Virus record (IMG/VR): IMGVR_UViG_3300034410_000463
Location: 1-64,000 of that record
Strand: one strand, 5' to 3'
Origin: a virus
Taxonomy: Duplodnaviria > Caudoviricetes
Length of the DNA: 64,000 bases
Of the stretch, positions 39,089 through 47,108 are shown in pieces. How positions within the stretch are numbered: position 1 is the stretch's first letter; each line of letters begins with the position of its first letter. Under the pieces are notes generated by a model. The model saw only the letters and a program-made list of their open reading frames with translations, searched no databases and had not been told where the DNA came from. The position numbers and the translations under genes were made by a program.

Positions 39089-39514
39089 TTATAGTTCCCC
39101 AGCTTCTCTAAGTTGGGCCCTGATTTTCGTTGCCGAAATTTCGTGAATGTCTGACCCAAGGTCATGTTCTGTAAATGTGTAGCCGACACCGCGACCATAG
39201 CTGATATCCACAATATTAGGAACGCAGATAATAATATATTCATATCCATTTTCATATCCTTCTTTTCGTAATCCATTCTCGATTGCTTCAACTACTTGAA
39301 TCTCGCCAAACGGATTATCATCTTGTGTTTGGGTTCTTCCGCCACCGGCATCTTTGTCAACTATACCGCCTACGTCTCGAACCATTATAGCAACTTGTCC
39401 AGTGACTTCTAAGGCACGTTTGAACAGTGCTGTATGGCCATCATGCCAAGGTTGCCAACGCCCGAGCATTTGAGCTGTGGGCTTCTGATAATCAAAAAAC
39501 TCTTTTTCTATCAT
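39089..39514 (-). CDS. Cytidylyltransferase-like nucleotidyltransferase
   Basis: MLGRWQPWHDGH (HIGH) and ISATKIR motifs. Confidence 0.8.
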   Translation of the reverse strand: MIEKEFFDYQKPTAQMLGRWQPWHDGHTALFKRALEVTGQVAIMVRDVGGIVDKDAGGGRTQTQDDNPFGEIQVVEAIENGLRKEGYENGYEYIIICVPNIVDISYGRGVGYTFTEHDLGSDIHEISATKIRAQLREAGEL

Positions 39515-39515
39515 T

Positions 39516-39734
39516 TTATCTCCTATTTAAACCAATTCTAATATACTTATACCACAATCTTTCATGGCCGTAGTACAAAACAAATTTAATAACGAGATCT
39601 GCTAGAAATACCATGCCAACCGCTTTCGGTGGTAAGCCAAAATACCAAGCAATAATTGCTGTGGTTATACTAGCTATTATACGCCATGTTACGGCTTTTG
39701 TCAAATGTCGAATCTTACTTACTGACTCTGTCAT
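39516..39734 (-). CDS. DUF2061-like small membrane protein
   Basis: RHLTKAVTWRIIAS...KFVLYYGHERLW. Confidence 0.75.
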   Translation of the reverse strand: MTESVSKIRHLTKAVTWRIIASITTAIIAWYFGLPPKAVGMVFLADLVIKFVLYYGHERLWYKYIRIGLNRR

Positions 39735-40183
39735 TTTTCAATGTTCAAAGTAAACGCAAGCTGCGGGTTTCGCTTCATGAACGTGGCGACAACTAGCATT
39801 AAAGTTGAGGGTGTATCTTCAAACCATTCGGATACATGATAATCAACTTTTTCTGGTGGCACAAACATTTTATTTGTATCTTCAAATCGGCCTTCTTCTA
39901 TCGTATCCATCCAAACAGTAAAGTCTGGATCAAAGGCTTCTCGAGCTGCTTCAGTAGGACATACAAAATCAGTAACAACAATCTTACCTGCTAATGCTGC
40001 ACCATCACTTAAGTGGCGCATACGATTTGCTTGTCTCATACGACCTTCAGGACTAAAGTCCCAATCATCGTAATGCTTACGAACTTGATCTGCATTAATA
40101 TGAACTGCATCAAGAAGTCCAGCCAGTGGTTTTGCTAAAGTAGTTTTCCCACTACCTGGCAAACCAAAAATCAATATTTTCAC
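39731..40183 (-). CDS. Adenylylsulfate kinase-like P-loop protein
   Basis: GLPGSGKTTLA, NADQVR, GRMRQANRM, DFVCPT. Confidence 0.8.
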   Translation of the reverse strand: MKILIFGLPGSGKTTLAKPLAGLLDAVHINADQVRKHYDDWDFSPEGRMRQANRMRHLSDGAALAGKIVVTDFVCPTEAAREAFDPDFTVWMDTIEEGRFEDTNKMFVPPEKVDYHVSEWFEDTPSTLMLVVATFMKRNPQLAFTLNIEK

Positions 40184-40210
40184 TCAACATTCTCCTTTAT
40201 AAGTTGGTGT

Positions 40211-40234
40211 AAAAAAGGGAGCCCGAAGGCTCCC
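40211..40234 (-). terminator. Rho-independent terminator with UUCG tetraloop
   Basis: Minus strand GGGAGCC-TTCG-GGCTCCC-T6. Confidence 0.9.
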
Positions 40235-40247
40235 AATAGAGGGGGAA

Positions 40248-41204
40248 TTAAGCAGCTTCTGCCATCTCAATTGCAATGTCCAATGCTTTAACTTTACGAT
40301 TTGCATTGCCACCAAACCATGCTGACGCCATACGAGTATCCGCTGAACGACATAGCTTGTGATCTGCCATGTATGTTACTGCGTTGTATGCATTCCACCA
40401 TGAGCCTGGACGGAAGTGATCACCTGGTTGGTTCTCAACATATTGCATGGCTTGCTCAGCAGTTCGTGATAATGTCTTATCTTCACGAGAAGACTCACCA
40501 AAGACTTTAGCCATGAAACGTTCAAGTGCTTGTTGATCCTTGTATTGCTTAGAGCCAAGGAACTCAGCAGCTTCTTTGAATTTCTCAACTTTATTGTGAG
40601 ATAAACCAAGTGCTTCTTTAACAATGTCGGCATTGAATTTAGAACGGTGATTGATTCGAATCGATGGCTGATTTTTCTCGCTAAGAGCTACTGCCAAAGT
40701 ATTGTTACAAACAACTCGTTCCATTACAAACTTAACATCAATTGCTTTACCGTACTGGTGTGGATTAGAGAAAAGCATATAACCTTTCACTTCATCACCA
40801 TTGAACAATGAGAAGCCGTCTTTAACGTCAGCCAATGCCCATACGATTTGTCCATCTTTAAGAGATCCAGCGGTATCCATTACCATGTCGCCTGCTTTTA
40901 CGAAGTCTGTAAAGAAGTCGAAAGCTTCAGAGTTTTGTACTGGATTCCAGCCTTTACCCACCTGTGTCAACACTTTAGAATCGGTAGAACGTACCAACGC
41001 TTGCTGACCTGTTGGAAGTGTGTCACCCTTGTGACGGAATAGAGTATCGATCTTTTCAACTTCCCAGTCAAGTCCTGCAGCAACCTGCATTTCTCGTGGA
41101 GTCATGTCGTCCGATACCGGAGTACCAAGGCCATGCCAAGGTAGGCCATTGGATTCGCGATATGCCATTTGGGCTACGCCATTTATCATTTCAAGTTCAT
41201 GCAT
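40248..41204 (-). CDS. DUF932 / TIGR03299-like phage protein
   Basis: PWHGLG, AGLDWEV, TAGSLKDGQIVWALA, RVVCNNTL. Confidence 0.85.
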   Translation of the reverse strand: MHELEMINGVAQMAYRESNGLPWHGLGTPVSDDMTPREMQVAAGLDWEVEKIDTLFRHKGDTLPTGQQALVRSTDSKVLTQVGKGWNPVQNSEAFDFFTDFVKAGDMVMDTAGSLKDGQIVWALADVKDGFSLFNGDEVKGYMLFSNPHQYGKAIDVKFVMERVVCNNTLAVALSEKNQPSIRINHRSKFNADIVKEALGLSHNKVEKFKEAAEFLGSKQYKDQQALERFMAKVFGESSREDKTLSRTAEQAMQYVENQPGDHFRPGSWWNAYNAVTYMADHKLCRSADTRMASAWFGGNANRKVKALDIAIEMAEAA

Positions 41205-41239
41205 AATATAGTTTCCTTAGTTTTTCATTTGATAAGATA

Positions 41240-41268
41240 ATAATATATCGTTTAAGAACGAATGTCAA
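41240..41268 (-). promoter_or_regulatory. Early sigma70-type promoter
   Basis: A-tract-CAG-TTGACA-N17-TATTAT. Confidence 0.8.
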
Positions 41269-41277
41269 CTGTTTTTT

Positions 41278-41466
41278 TTAAAAATTTGCAGGTTGACTCA
41301 TAGGATCTTCAGCATCTAAGATGTCGAATAGATCCATTTTTAACTCTGCAAGAGCTCGTTTTACGGCTGGACTGAAAGTGTAAGAAGCAATGCTTTCAAC
41401 TGAGGCAATCGCACCTTGTGCTTCACTAATCGCGTCCATCTTTTCTTTAACATTTTCAATTTTCAT
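41278..41466 (-). CDS. Hypothetical protein
   Basis: Own promoter; AAGGA RBS before ATG 41466. Confidence 0.6.
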   Translation of the reverse strand: MKIENVKEKMDAISEAQGAIASVESIASYTFSPAVKRALAELKMDLFDILDAEDPMSQPANF

Positions 41467-41495
41467 AACTAATCCTTTTATCAATTTACTGTACC

Positions 41496-41524
41496 ATTAT
41501 ATTCGGTTTAAGAACAAATGTCAA
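41496..41524 (-). promoter_or_regulatory. Early sigma70-type promoter
   Basis: TTGACA-N17-TATAAT. Confidence 0.85.
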
Positions 41525-41555
41525 CTGTTTTTTTGATTTTATTTGAAGTTTTTTG

Positions 41556-41927
41556 TTAAGCAGCTCGCTGCAAGTAAGTTGCTAAGACTTGGAATCCTGT
41601 ACCGTCGTAGAGTTTGTTAACGAGCCATTGAGTTCCATCCCACAAGTAAAGATATTCGGCACCCCAGTTGTCGGCCTTCTCATATGCATCTTTACTGCCG
41701 AAGAAATCAGCTGGATCGTCATTTACTGCACTTTCTTTAGACTCAGAGTATGAGTCACTTAAAGATGAAAGATAACCGCCTTTAGCAACCATGTTAGCTT
41801 CAGCATCAGAGTTATAAGAGTCTAACAACGTAGCTCCAACTCCTTCTAAATAACCATCATAGTGACAATAGCTTGCAGTAACAGTACCATTATCGTTTAA
41901 AGTTCCAATCATTGAACGTGTACCCAT
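41556..41927 (-). CDS. Conserved phage hypothetical protein
   Basis: MGTRSMIG...YCHYDGYLEGVG...EYLYLWDG pattern. Confidence 0.7.
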   Translation of the reverse strand: MGTRSMIGTLNDNGTVTASYCHYDGYLEGVGATLLDSYNSDAEANMVAKGGYLSSLSDSYSESKESAVNDDPADFFGSKDAYEKADNWGAEYLYLWDGTQWLVNKLYDGTGFQVLATYLQRAA

Positions 41928-41962
41928 AACAAATTTCCTTCTTTATTTGATTTGATATAGTA

Positions 41963-41991
41963 ATTATATTCGGTTTAAGAACAAATGTCAA
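41963..41991 (-). promoter_or_regulatory. Early sigma70-type promoter
   Basis: TTGACA-N17-TATAAT, identical to the 41496 copy. Confidence 0.85.
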
Positions 41992-42433
41992 CTGTTTTTT
42001 TCATTTTATTTGATAAAAATTCAAATTTATTTGGGATATCTAGATCAGGAATTGGATCAAATCCCCAGTGGAGTAGAGCCTGTCGCTGTTTTAAGCGCTT
42101 AGAAAGATCGCCATTTCCGTTCTTTTTTACTTGAGCTCCATGCCTTGCTCCGAAGGACCGCCAGCGTTTAATCTGGTGAGCATCTAGAGCTTCGATTCTA
42201 CGACCTTGATAGTATCGTAGGTACCACTGGAACCATCCCATCGGGTCTTCTGGAGTGATCCAGCCACGCTCTTGCCACACCTCTAGAGGCTGTGAAGCAC
42301 CCTCCATAAACAAGTTTGTTTTAGTGATTATAGGCTTGCGATCGAAATCAGGATTAGTATCCAGATAATATGAACCATCAAAGATGCCCAGTTCGAGCAT
42401 CTCATATGGTGTGAAGGTAGGATTAAACTCCAT
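41975..42433 (-). CDS. Conserved hypothetical protein
   Basis: FNPTFTPYEMLELGIFDGSY, GWFQWYLRYYQGRR, RQALLHW. Confidence 0.7.
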   Translation of the reverse strand: MEFNPTFTPYEMLELGIFDGSYYLDTNPDFDRKPIITKTNLFMEGASQPLEVWQERGWITPEDPMGWFQWYLRYYQGRRIEALDAHQIKRWRSFGARHGAQVKKNGNGDLSKRLKQRQALLHWGFDPIPDLDIPNKFEFLSNKMKKTVDICS

Positions 42434-42722
42434 TTGTTACACTGTATCCAAGAGTAAGCTCAACCCATTGTTTGCCGAGATCTTCAGCAAATGCTACAAT
42501 TAGGTTCTCACGTGGATCAGTGTCCATATATTGTATATGATCAGAAAGAGCCATATCGTCAGCTTTACGGAAGTACTCTACAGCTTTTCTAAAGTCGGCT
42601 TGATCGTCGACATACAGCTCTTTAAGGTTTTCACTAGCTCGTTCGATATACCCGTCATATGATTTGATGAGAGTTTCAACGTGTGAAAGTTTTGCGTTGG
42701 TCCAAAAGTCTTGAGTTGTCAT
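42423..42722 (-). CDS. Hypothetical protein
   Basis: GGAG RBS before ATG 42722; own promoter. Confidence 0.65.
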   Translation of the reverse strand: MTTQDFWTNAKLSHVETLIKSYDGYIERASENLKELYVDDQADFRKAVEYFRKADDMALSDHIQYMDTDPRENLIVAFAEDLGKQWVELTLGYSVTNGV

Positions 42723-42748
42723 ATAAAGCTCCATTAATTTATAGTACT

Positions 42749-42777
42749 ATTATACATCATTTGAAAACGAATGTCAA
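42749..42777 (-). promoter_or_regulatory. Early sigma70-type promoter
   Basis: TTGACA-N17-TATAAT. Confidence 0.85.
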
Positions 42778-42841
42778 CAGTTATTTAGATCAAAAAGTTA
42801 TAAGAACTTCAATCTTTAGAACTTTTAGTTATATGGCTTAT

Positions 42842-43213
42842 TTAGTGAACGATCTCAGATTGCATTGGTAAACAGTCAATCAAATCCCATGCGTATTTTC
42901 CATAGCCAGATTTAACGATGTTTACGACGTCAGCATAAGGACCTTTTGAATTATCAAAGACTGGAGCGATAAATGCTTTTGGGCACCTTCGTTTTAGATA
43001 TATTCTCCAGTATTCTTCAGCATCTTCCTTATCAAAAAAGCCAACTGCTTTCGTAATTTCAAATGGATTGTGAGTAGAGAACAGAGCAACCAAGCGCTTG
43101 TCCGTTGGGTCTTGATCCATGAACGTCATATCCTCGTTTTTTGCAGTGCCTAAGAATATTCCTTCTTCTGGATCTATAATAATAAACTTTTCTTGATAGT
43201 CATCATTCACCAT
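42842..43213 (-). CDS. Hypothetical protein
   Basis: 123-aa ORF overlapping its neighbour. Confidence 0.65.
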   Translation of the reverse strand: MVNDDYQEKFIIIDPEEGIFLGTAKNEDMTFMDQDPTDKRLVALFSTHNPFEITKAVGFFDKEDAEEYWRIYLKRRCPKAFIAPVFDNSKGPYADVVNIVKSGYGKYAWDLIDCLPMQSEIVH

Positions 43214-43397
43214 GTTTCACCAGCTCTACTTCTCCATTTTCATCTAGTCTGGTTTTTACGTATCCATCTTCAATAAGACGATCAATTGTGGCTTCAATAA
43301 GTTTGTTAATGTCTTGGCGAACTACGTTGGATTGCATCCATTTTCCCACGTAAGTAAAGATAACTGCCGTAGCTAATAACCATAATTCTGTGTTCAT
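43203..43397 (-). CDS. Small membrane-anchored hypothetical protein
   Basis: Hydrophobic N-terminus ELWLLATAVIFTYVG; likely start 43397. Confidence 0.6.
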   Translation of the reverse strand: MNTELWLLATAVIFTYVGKWMQSNVVRQDINKLIEATIDRLIEDGYVKTRLDENGEVELVKHGE

Positions 43398-43966
43398 GCT
43401 ACTTGCTCTCCTTGATAACCTTCCCACCACGACGGTGCCGGTCTACCTTTAACCCACTTTGCAAAATACTTTGATTCGTGGTAGTAGTTACGATATGCTT
43501 TTACTGCGTCACCTTTAACGATGCATTGCGGATATTGCGCCATTGCTTGAGCAAATTCAGTTAAGCCAATATCAGGCATATTTGCTGGACACTCTTTAAG
43601 GAAGTCCTTAAGCTTTTGATATGTTAGGTGTTGCTTATTGAAACGATACTCAAACTCACTGCAGAGTGCTAGAAAGTGCTCATAGTGCCAATCATAATTA
43701 GCCTTAGAAGCCATAGTCCAAACAGTACAAGGGTGACCAGCATGTACGGATTTGTACATGATTGCTTCCTTAGCAGAATCTGGGAGCAAGTAATGTTTAA
43801 CCATTCGCTTACCAGATTTAGAAGGTGCTTGGTACTCTTTACCATCAAGAATACGATGGGCCGTGGAAAGCATTTGAGCTGACTCTACGATCATTTTTGG
43901 AATGTGTTTGTCGCACATCATTTTTGCTGATTCGACAGGACATTCGGATAATACAAATACGTTCAT
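43394..43966 (-). CDS. Pyrimidine-dimer DNA glycosylase (DenV-family)-like protein
   Basis: MNVFVL...CDKHIPKMIVESAQMLSTAH, HAGHPCTVW, AYRNYY. Confidence 0.75.
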   Translation of the reverse strand: MNVFVLSECPVESAKMMCDKHIPKMIVESAQMLSTAHRILDGKEYQAPSKSGKRMVKHYLLPDSAKEAIMYKSVHAGHPCTVWTMASKANYDWHYEHFLALCSEFEYRFNKQHLTYQKLKDFLKECPANMPDIGLTEFAQAMAQYPQCIVKGDAVKAYRNYYHESKYFAKWVKGRPAPSWWEGYQGEQVA

Positions 43967-44181
43967 TACTTCACCCAGTGGTGGTTGTATTTTGAAGGAA
44001 GATTTTCACAACTATATGAATCGCCTTCTTCATAATTAGATACTGAAACACATTCATTAGCTGAATAACTAACGTAAACATCTGGTAGCATTAGAGTATC
44101 CATAGAAACCTTTGCTGCAAACGCTGCACCAGCGATAACGAGGAACCAAAGAACAATACTAGATTTGTATATGTTTTGCAT
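43966..44181 (-). CDS. Small secreted/membrane hypothetical protein
   Basis: Signal-like N-terminus; two Cys. Confidence 0.6.
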   Translation of the reverse strand: MQNIYKSSIVLWFLVIAGAAFAAKVSMDTLMLPDVYVSYSANECVSVSNYEEGDSYSCENLPSKYNHHWVK

Positions 44182-44212
44182 GAGCTTTTCCTTTATTTTA
44201 ATTTATATATAA

Positions 44213-44241
44213 ATTCTAATTCATTTAAAAATGAATGTCAA
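44213..44241 (-). promoter_or_regulatory. Early sigma70-type promoter
   Basis: TTGACA-N17-TAGAAT. Confidence 0.75.
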
Positions 44242-44414
44242 CTGTTATTTTCAATTAAATTGTTTGTTTCAGGATATACGTCGAGAGGGCAATCTTTTTC
44301 TTGTTCAAACTTGTTAGCCCAATCAAGATCAGTCATTGGTTCAGAAGAACCATCGTTGGCCATGCCATCAAATTCCTGTTCAACAGCATCGCCTTTATTT
44401 TTTTCATTATCCAT
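44238..44414 (-). CDS. Small acidic hypothetical protein (58 aa, not in ORF track)
   Basis: MDNEKNKGDAVEQEFDGMANDG...; AAGGA RBS; fills the gap between neighbours. Confidence 0.55.
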   Translation of the reverse strand: MDNEKNKGDAVEQEFDGMANDGSSEPMTDLDWANKFEQEKDCPLDVYPETNNLIENNS

Positions 44415-44428
44415 AATAGAATCCTTTC

Positions 44429-44650
44429 TTATTTTGATAGGTAAGCATCGGCAGCTGAATCGAAAGCTTCAGCCAGATCAGCAAGAACAATTCCTGCTTC
44501 GTCATGTTTTAAAACATCCATGTAAACGTCAGCTTCAACAAAATTCCAGTTAATGCTATCGTCAGAATTGCGGTTTTCTTTGGAAGCTACAGCTGCTTCA
44601 AAAGACTTATTGAGTGTGGGCATCCAAACGCTACGAGATAAAATTTCCAT
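44429..44650 (-). CDS. Hypothetical protein
   Basis: GGAGTAGG RBS; own promoter. Confidence 0.65.
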   Translation of the reverse strand: MEILSRSVWMPTLNKSFEAAVASKENRNSDDSINWNFVEADVYMDVLKHDEAGIVLADLAEAFDSAADAYLSK

Positions 44651-44688
44651 AACCTACTCCAACTTTTATTAATTAATTTCATATAGCT

Positions 44689-44717
44689 ATTATATTTCAT
44701 TTAAAAACAAATGTCAA
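44689..44717 (-). promoter_or_regulatory. Early sigma70-type promoter
   Basis: TTGACA-N17-TATAAT. Confidence 0.85.
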
Positions 44718-44962
44718 GGCTTTTTTTGAGTTATTTCCATATAATCTGAAAAGAGCTCTGAGTGGTGTGCATGCTCAAAGTAAACAGTATCTTCATAAAC
44801 ACTCGTAAACTTTGTATGCTCCCATTGATACTTTTCAAAATTTGACTTACAAAAATCTATAGCATTAGATCTCCAGTCAGAATGATGCCTAACTGGGTTT
44901 GCGTTCCCAGTAGACATCCACTTCTGTTTGTATTCAAAGATTTGAACCGGAGTCATCTTCAT
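44714..44962 (-). CDS. Hypothetical protein
   Basis: 82 aa, coupled to the upstream ORF. Confidence 0.65.
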   Translation of the reverse strand: MKMTPVQIFEYKQKWMSTGNANPVRHHSDWRSNAIDFCKSNFEKYQWEHTKFTSVYEDTVYFEHAHHSELFSDYMEITQKKP

Positions 44963-45294
44963 TATTTCTTACCTTTATATCCAAGAGCTTCCATTGCATA
45001 GACCGGAGAACCATTAGTTTCATAACCATACTTTTCAGAGTAAAATTTGTTTTTATGGTTAGACAGTTCAAGATATTTCTCAACAGTCACGTTCTTCACT
45101 AGGAAGTTAACCCACGCTTTCCAAGGCTTATAACCATACTTAAAACGAGCGATAAACTCAGGCTTTGGCAAACCAACCCAAGAAGGGTGACAGTTAGGAT
45201 TAGCCACTTCCATATTAACAGACTCAGTATGCTTACCACGATACATCAAATACATACCGTCCCAAGTAAAATCGTCTTTATTAAATGCTGTCAT
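44962..45294 (-). CDS. Hypothetical protein
   Basis: AAGGAG RBS; own promoter. Confidence 0.7.
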   Translation of the reverse strand: MTAFNKDDFTWDGMYLMYRGKHTESVNMEVANPNCHPSWVGLPKPEFIARFKYGYKPWKAWVNFLVKNVTVEKYLELSNHKNKFYSEKYGYETNGSPVYAMEALGYKGKK

Positions 45295-45323
45295 AACAAA
45301 CTCCTTAATTAATTTATATGTAT

Positions 45324-45352
45324 ATTATATTCAATCTAAGAGCGAATGTCAA
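45324..45352 (-). promoter_or_regulatory. Early sigma70-type promoter
   Basis: TTGACA-N17-TATAAT. Confidence 0.85.
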
Positions 45353-45371
45353 CTGTTTTTTTGATTTAATT

Positions 45372-45560
45372 TCAAGTTTTTTTAGACCATTCTGTTATAT
45401 AGGACAAAGAAAACATACTAAAAGGGAATAAGACAATAAAAACAAACAATACCCAGTTCTCTGCCGCACCGTAGGTGACTCTCTGGTACGATGCGACTGC
45501 TATTACAATTGCCCATAAAACTAAAATACCAACGTTCTTAACCATCTTTATATGCCTCAT
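45372..45560 (-). CDS. Small two-TM membrane protein
   Basis: Two hydrophobic segments. Confidence 0.55.
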   Translation of the reverse strand: MRHIKMVKNVGILVLWAIVIAVASYQRVTYGAAENWVLFVFIVLFPFSMFSLSYITEWSKKT

Positions 45561-45726
45561 GTTTGCTCATTACATCAGCTGCATCATCCACAGCCGAATA
45601 TGAATGTTTAATTTCCTCAATGGTGTAAAATTCATCATCTCTGATGCTTGTCTTGTATGGCTCAGTGTCTTCTATACGTGTACACATGCATACCATATCA
45701 CCTTTATTATCACGAACTACAAACAT
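45538..45726 (-). CDS. Hypothetical protein
   Basis: GAGG RBS; packed in operon. Confidence 0.55.
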   Translation of the reverse strand: MFVVRDNKGDMVCMCTRIEDTEPYKTSIRDDEFYTIEEIKHSYSAVDDAADVMSKHEAYKDG

Positions 45727-45727
45727 A

Positions 45728-45982
45728 TTATACCTCTAATATTGCGGTTTTAAGAAATTCTTCGTCTAGATCAGTACCAATTATCTCAGTAAGCAAATTT
45801 GCTATTACGACATAATCTCTAGATCTAAACACGTAACACTCTCTTCCAGTATCTGGACCTTCAGCTATCTTAGCAACAGTGCAAGTGCAACCATGTTCTA
45901 AAGCTAATTCCTCGATATGAGGATCTGATGATCCATACGAAGTGGGCATAGAAACCATGTACATTACGACTGTTTCCTCCAC
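45728..45982 (-). CDS. Hypothetical protein
   Basis: Packed in operon. Confidence 0.6.
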   Translation of the reverse strand: MEETVVMYMVSMPTSYGSSDPHIEELALEHGCTCTVAKIAEGPDTGRECYVFRSRDYVVIANLLTEIIGTDLDEEFLKTAILEV

Positions 45983-46269
45983 GGCTTTTTAGCACCATCT
46001 TGTGGTCTGCCGTCTTGAGCCATTTCGCTTTTATACCCGTTGAGTATAAAGTTCAATTTGTATTGATCTATACCACGAGTAGTTTCGATAGCCTTTTTAA
46101 CAGCGTTCAGTTCAAGGTCACGCTCTGGTCTGTTAGACTTTTGCTTCTCCTTATGTACCACACCATACAGTTCGTAAAGTTTAGTCATTGATAAAGGTTT
46201 AATTAGATTGCGAGCTTCCAAAGCATAATTACGTTTTTCAGATTCTTCTTGATGTCTCCATTTACTCAT
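45964..46269 (-). CDS. Hypothetical protein
   Basis: AAGGA RBS; own promoter. Confidence 0.65.
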   Translation of the reverse strand: MSKWRHQEESEKRNYALEARNLIKPLSMTKLYELYGVVHKEKQKSNRPERDLELNAVKKAIETTRGIDQYKLNFILNGYKSEMAQDGRPQDGAKKPWRKQS

Positions 46270-46302
46270 AACTTGATTCCTTAATTAAGTCAATATACTG
46301 TC

Positions 46303-46331
46303 ATTATACATCGTTTGAGATCAAATGTCAA
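46303..46331 (-). promoter_or_regulatory. Early sigma70-type promoter
   Basis: TTGACA-N17-TATAAT. Confidence 0.85.
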
Positions 46332-47000
46332 CTATACGTTATACATTTCTTTATATTTTTTTCGAACTGATAAGAAGTGTTCTAAGTAATCAAAAGTATT
46401 CACTTTAAAGACTTGTGACTCATGATCGTCAACTGCAACTAAAATGACTGCTTGTTTGATTGCAACACCAGTTCTTTCGAGAAAGGCGGCGGCATAGAAG
46501 CATGCTTGAATGAAGTAACCTTCAATCCATTCTTCTTTCTTTGGTTTACGAGAAGTTTTGAAATCGATGATGGATAGAACACCATCATATTCGGCGATAC
46601 AGTCAACTTGACCTGCCGTTTTGAGTTTGTCACTGTATAGGAAAGATTCTTGCATCCATACATTATCTAAACGACCATCTATGATCTTTCTTAAATCATT
46701 AAATGTGTTGAGATTGGCAGGCATTTGTTTACCTTTCCAATCTTCTTCGTTGTTGATATAATCTTCAGCAAGTTTGTGAACTGCAGTACCACGACCAGCT
46801 GCTTGGCGAGAGATCTTATTAGCTTCTTCTTCGCCAACACGTGCTCGCCATGCCATAATACCTTCTTTTGAAAGTATTCCTAAAACTGTTGTGATTGATG
46901 GATATGCGTTACCTTCAGGAGTAAAGTATCTACGGCCTGCTTCGGTAGTCTTACGTGTTAACGTTGGTAACTCTATGCCGTGATCGACGTGGGTAAACAT
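46332..47000 (-). CDS. PD-(D/E)xK exonuclease
   Basis: YPSITTVL, RGTAVH, AGQVDCIAEYDG...IIDFKTS, QACFYA. Confidence 0.85.
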   Translation of the reverse strand: MFTHVDHGIELPTLTRKTTEAGRRYFTPEGNAYPSITTVLGILSKEGIMAWRARVGEEEANKISRQAAGRGTAVHKLAEDYINNEEDWKGKQMPANLNTFNDLRKIIDGRLDNVWMQESFLYSDKLKTAGQVDCIAEYDGVLSIIDFKTSRKPKKEEWIEGYFIQACFYAAAFLERTGVAIKQAVILVAVDDHESQVFKVNTFDYLEHFLSVRKKYKEMYNV

Positions 47001-47031
47001 AATATAGCCTCATTTTTTTCATATATTACAT

Positions 47032-47060
47032 ATTATAACAAAAGAGAAACGAAATGTCAA
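47032..47060 (-). promoter_or_regulatory. Early sigma70-type promoter
   Basis: TTGACA-N17-TATAAT. Confidence 0.85.
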
Positions 47061-47108
47061 CAGTTAATTTTGTTTCATATAATGTACAATGTATAGCTTA
47101 TGAAACGT

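Larger units (their letters stand above)
41496..42013. repeat. 51-bp direct repeat (41496-41546, 41963-42013; one mismatch) containing the promoter and flanking one gene
   Basis: attatattcggtttaagaacaaatgtcaactgttttttt[g/c]attttatttga. Confidence 0.9.

Noticed and set aside
39016-39291. 91-aa minus-strand ORF
   Set aside because: Mostly overlaps the motif-bearing cytidylyltransferase in another frame; no support.
46332-47000. Exonuclease as a Cas4-like protein
   Set aside because: Lacks the four-Cys Fe-S cluster pattern; matches ordinary phage PD-(D/E)xK exonucleases.
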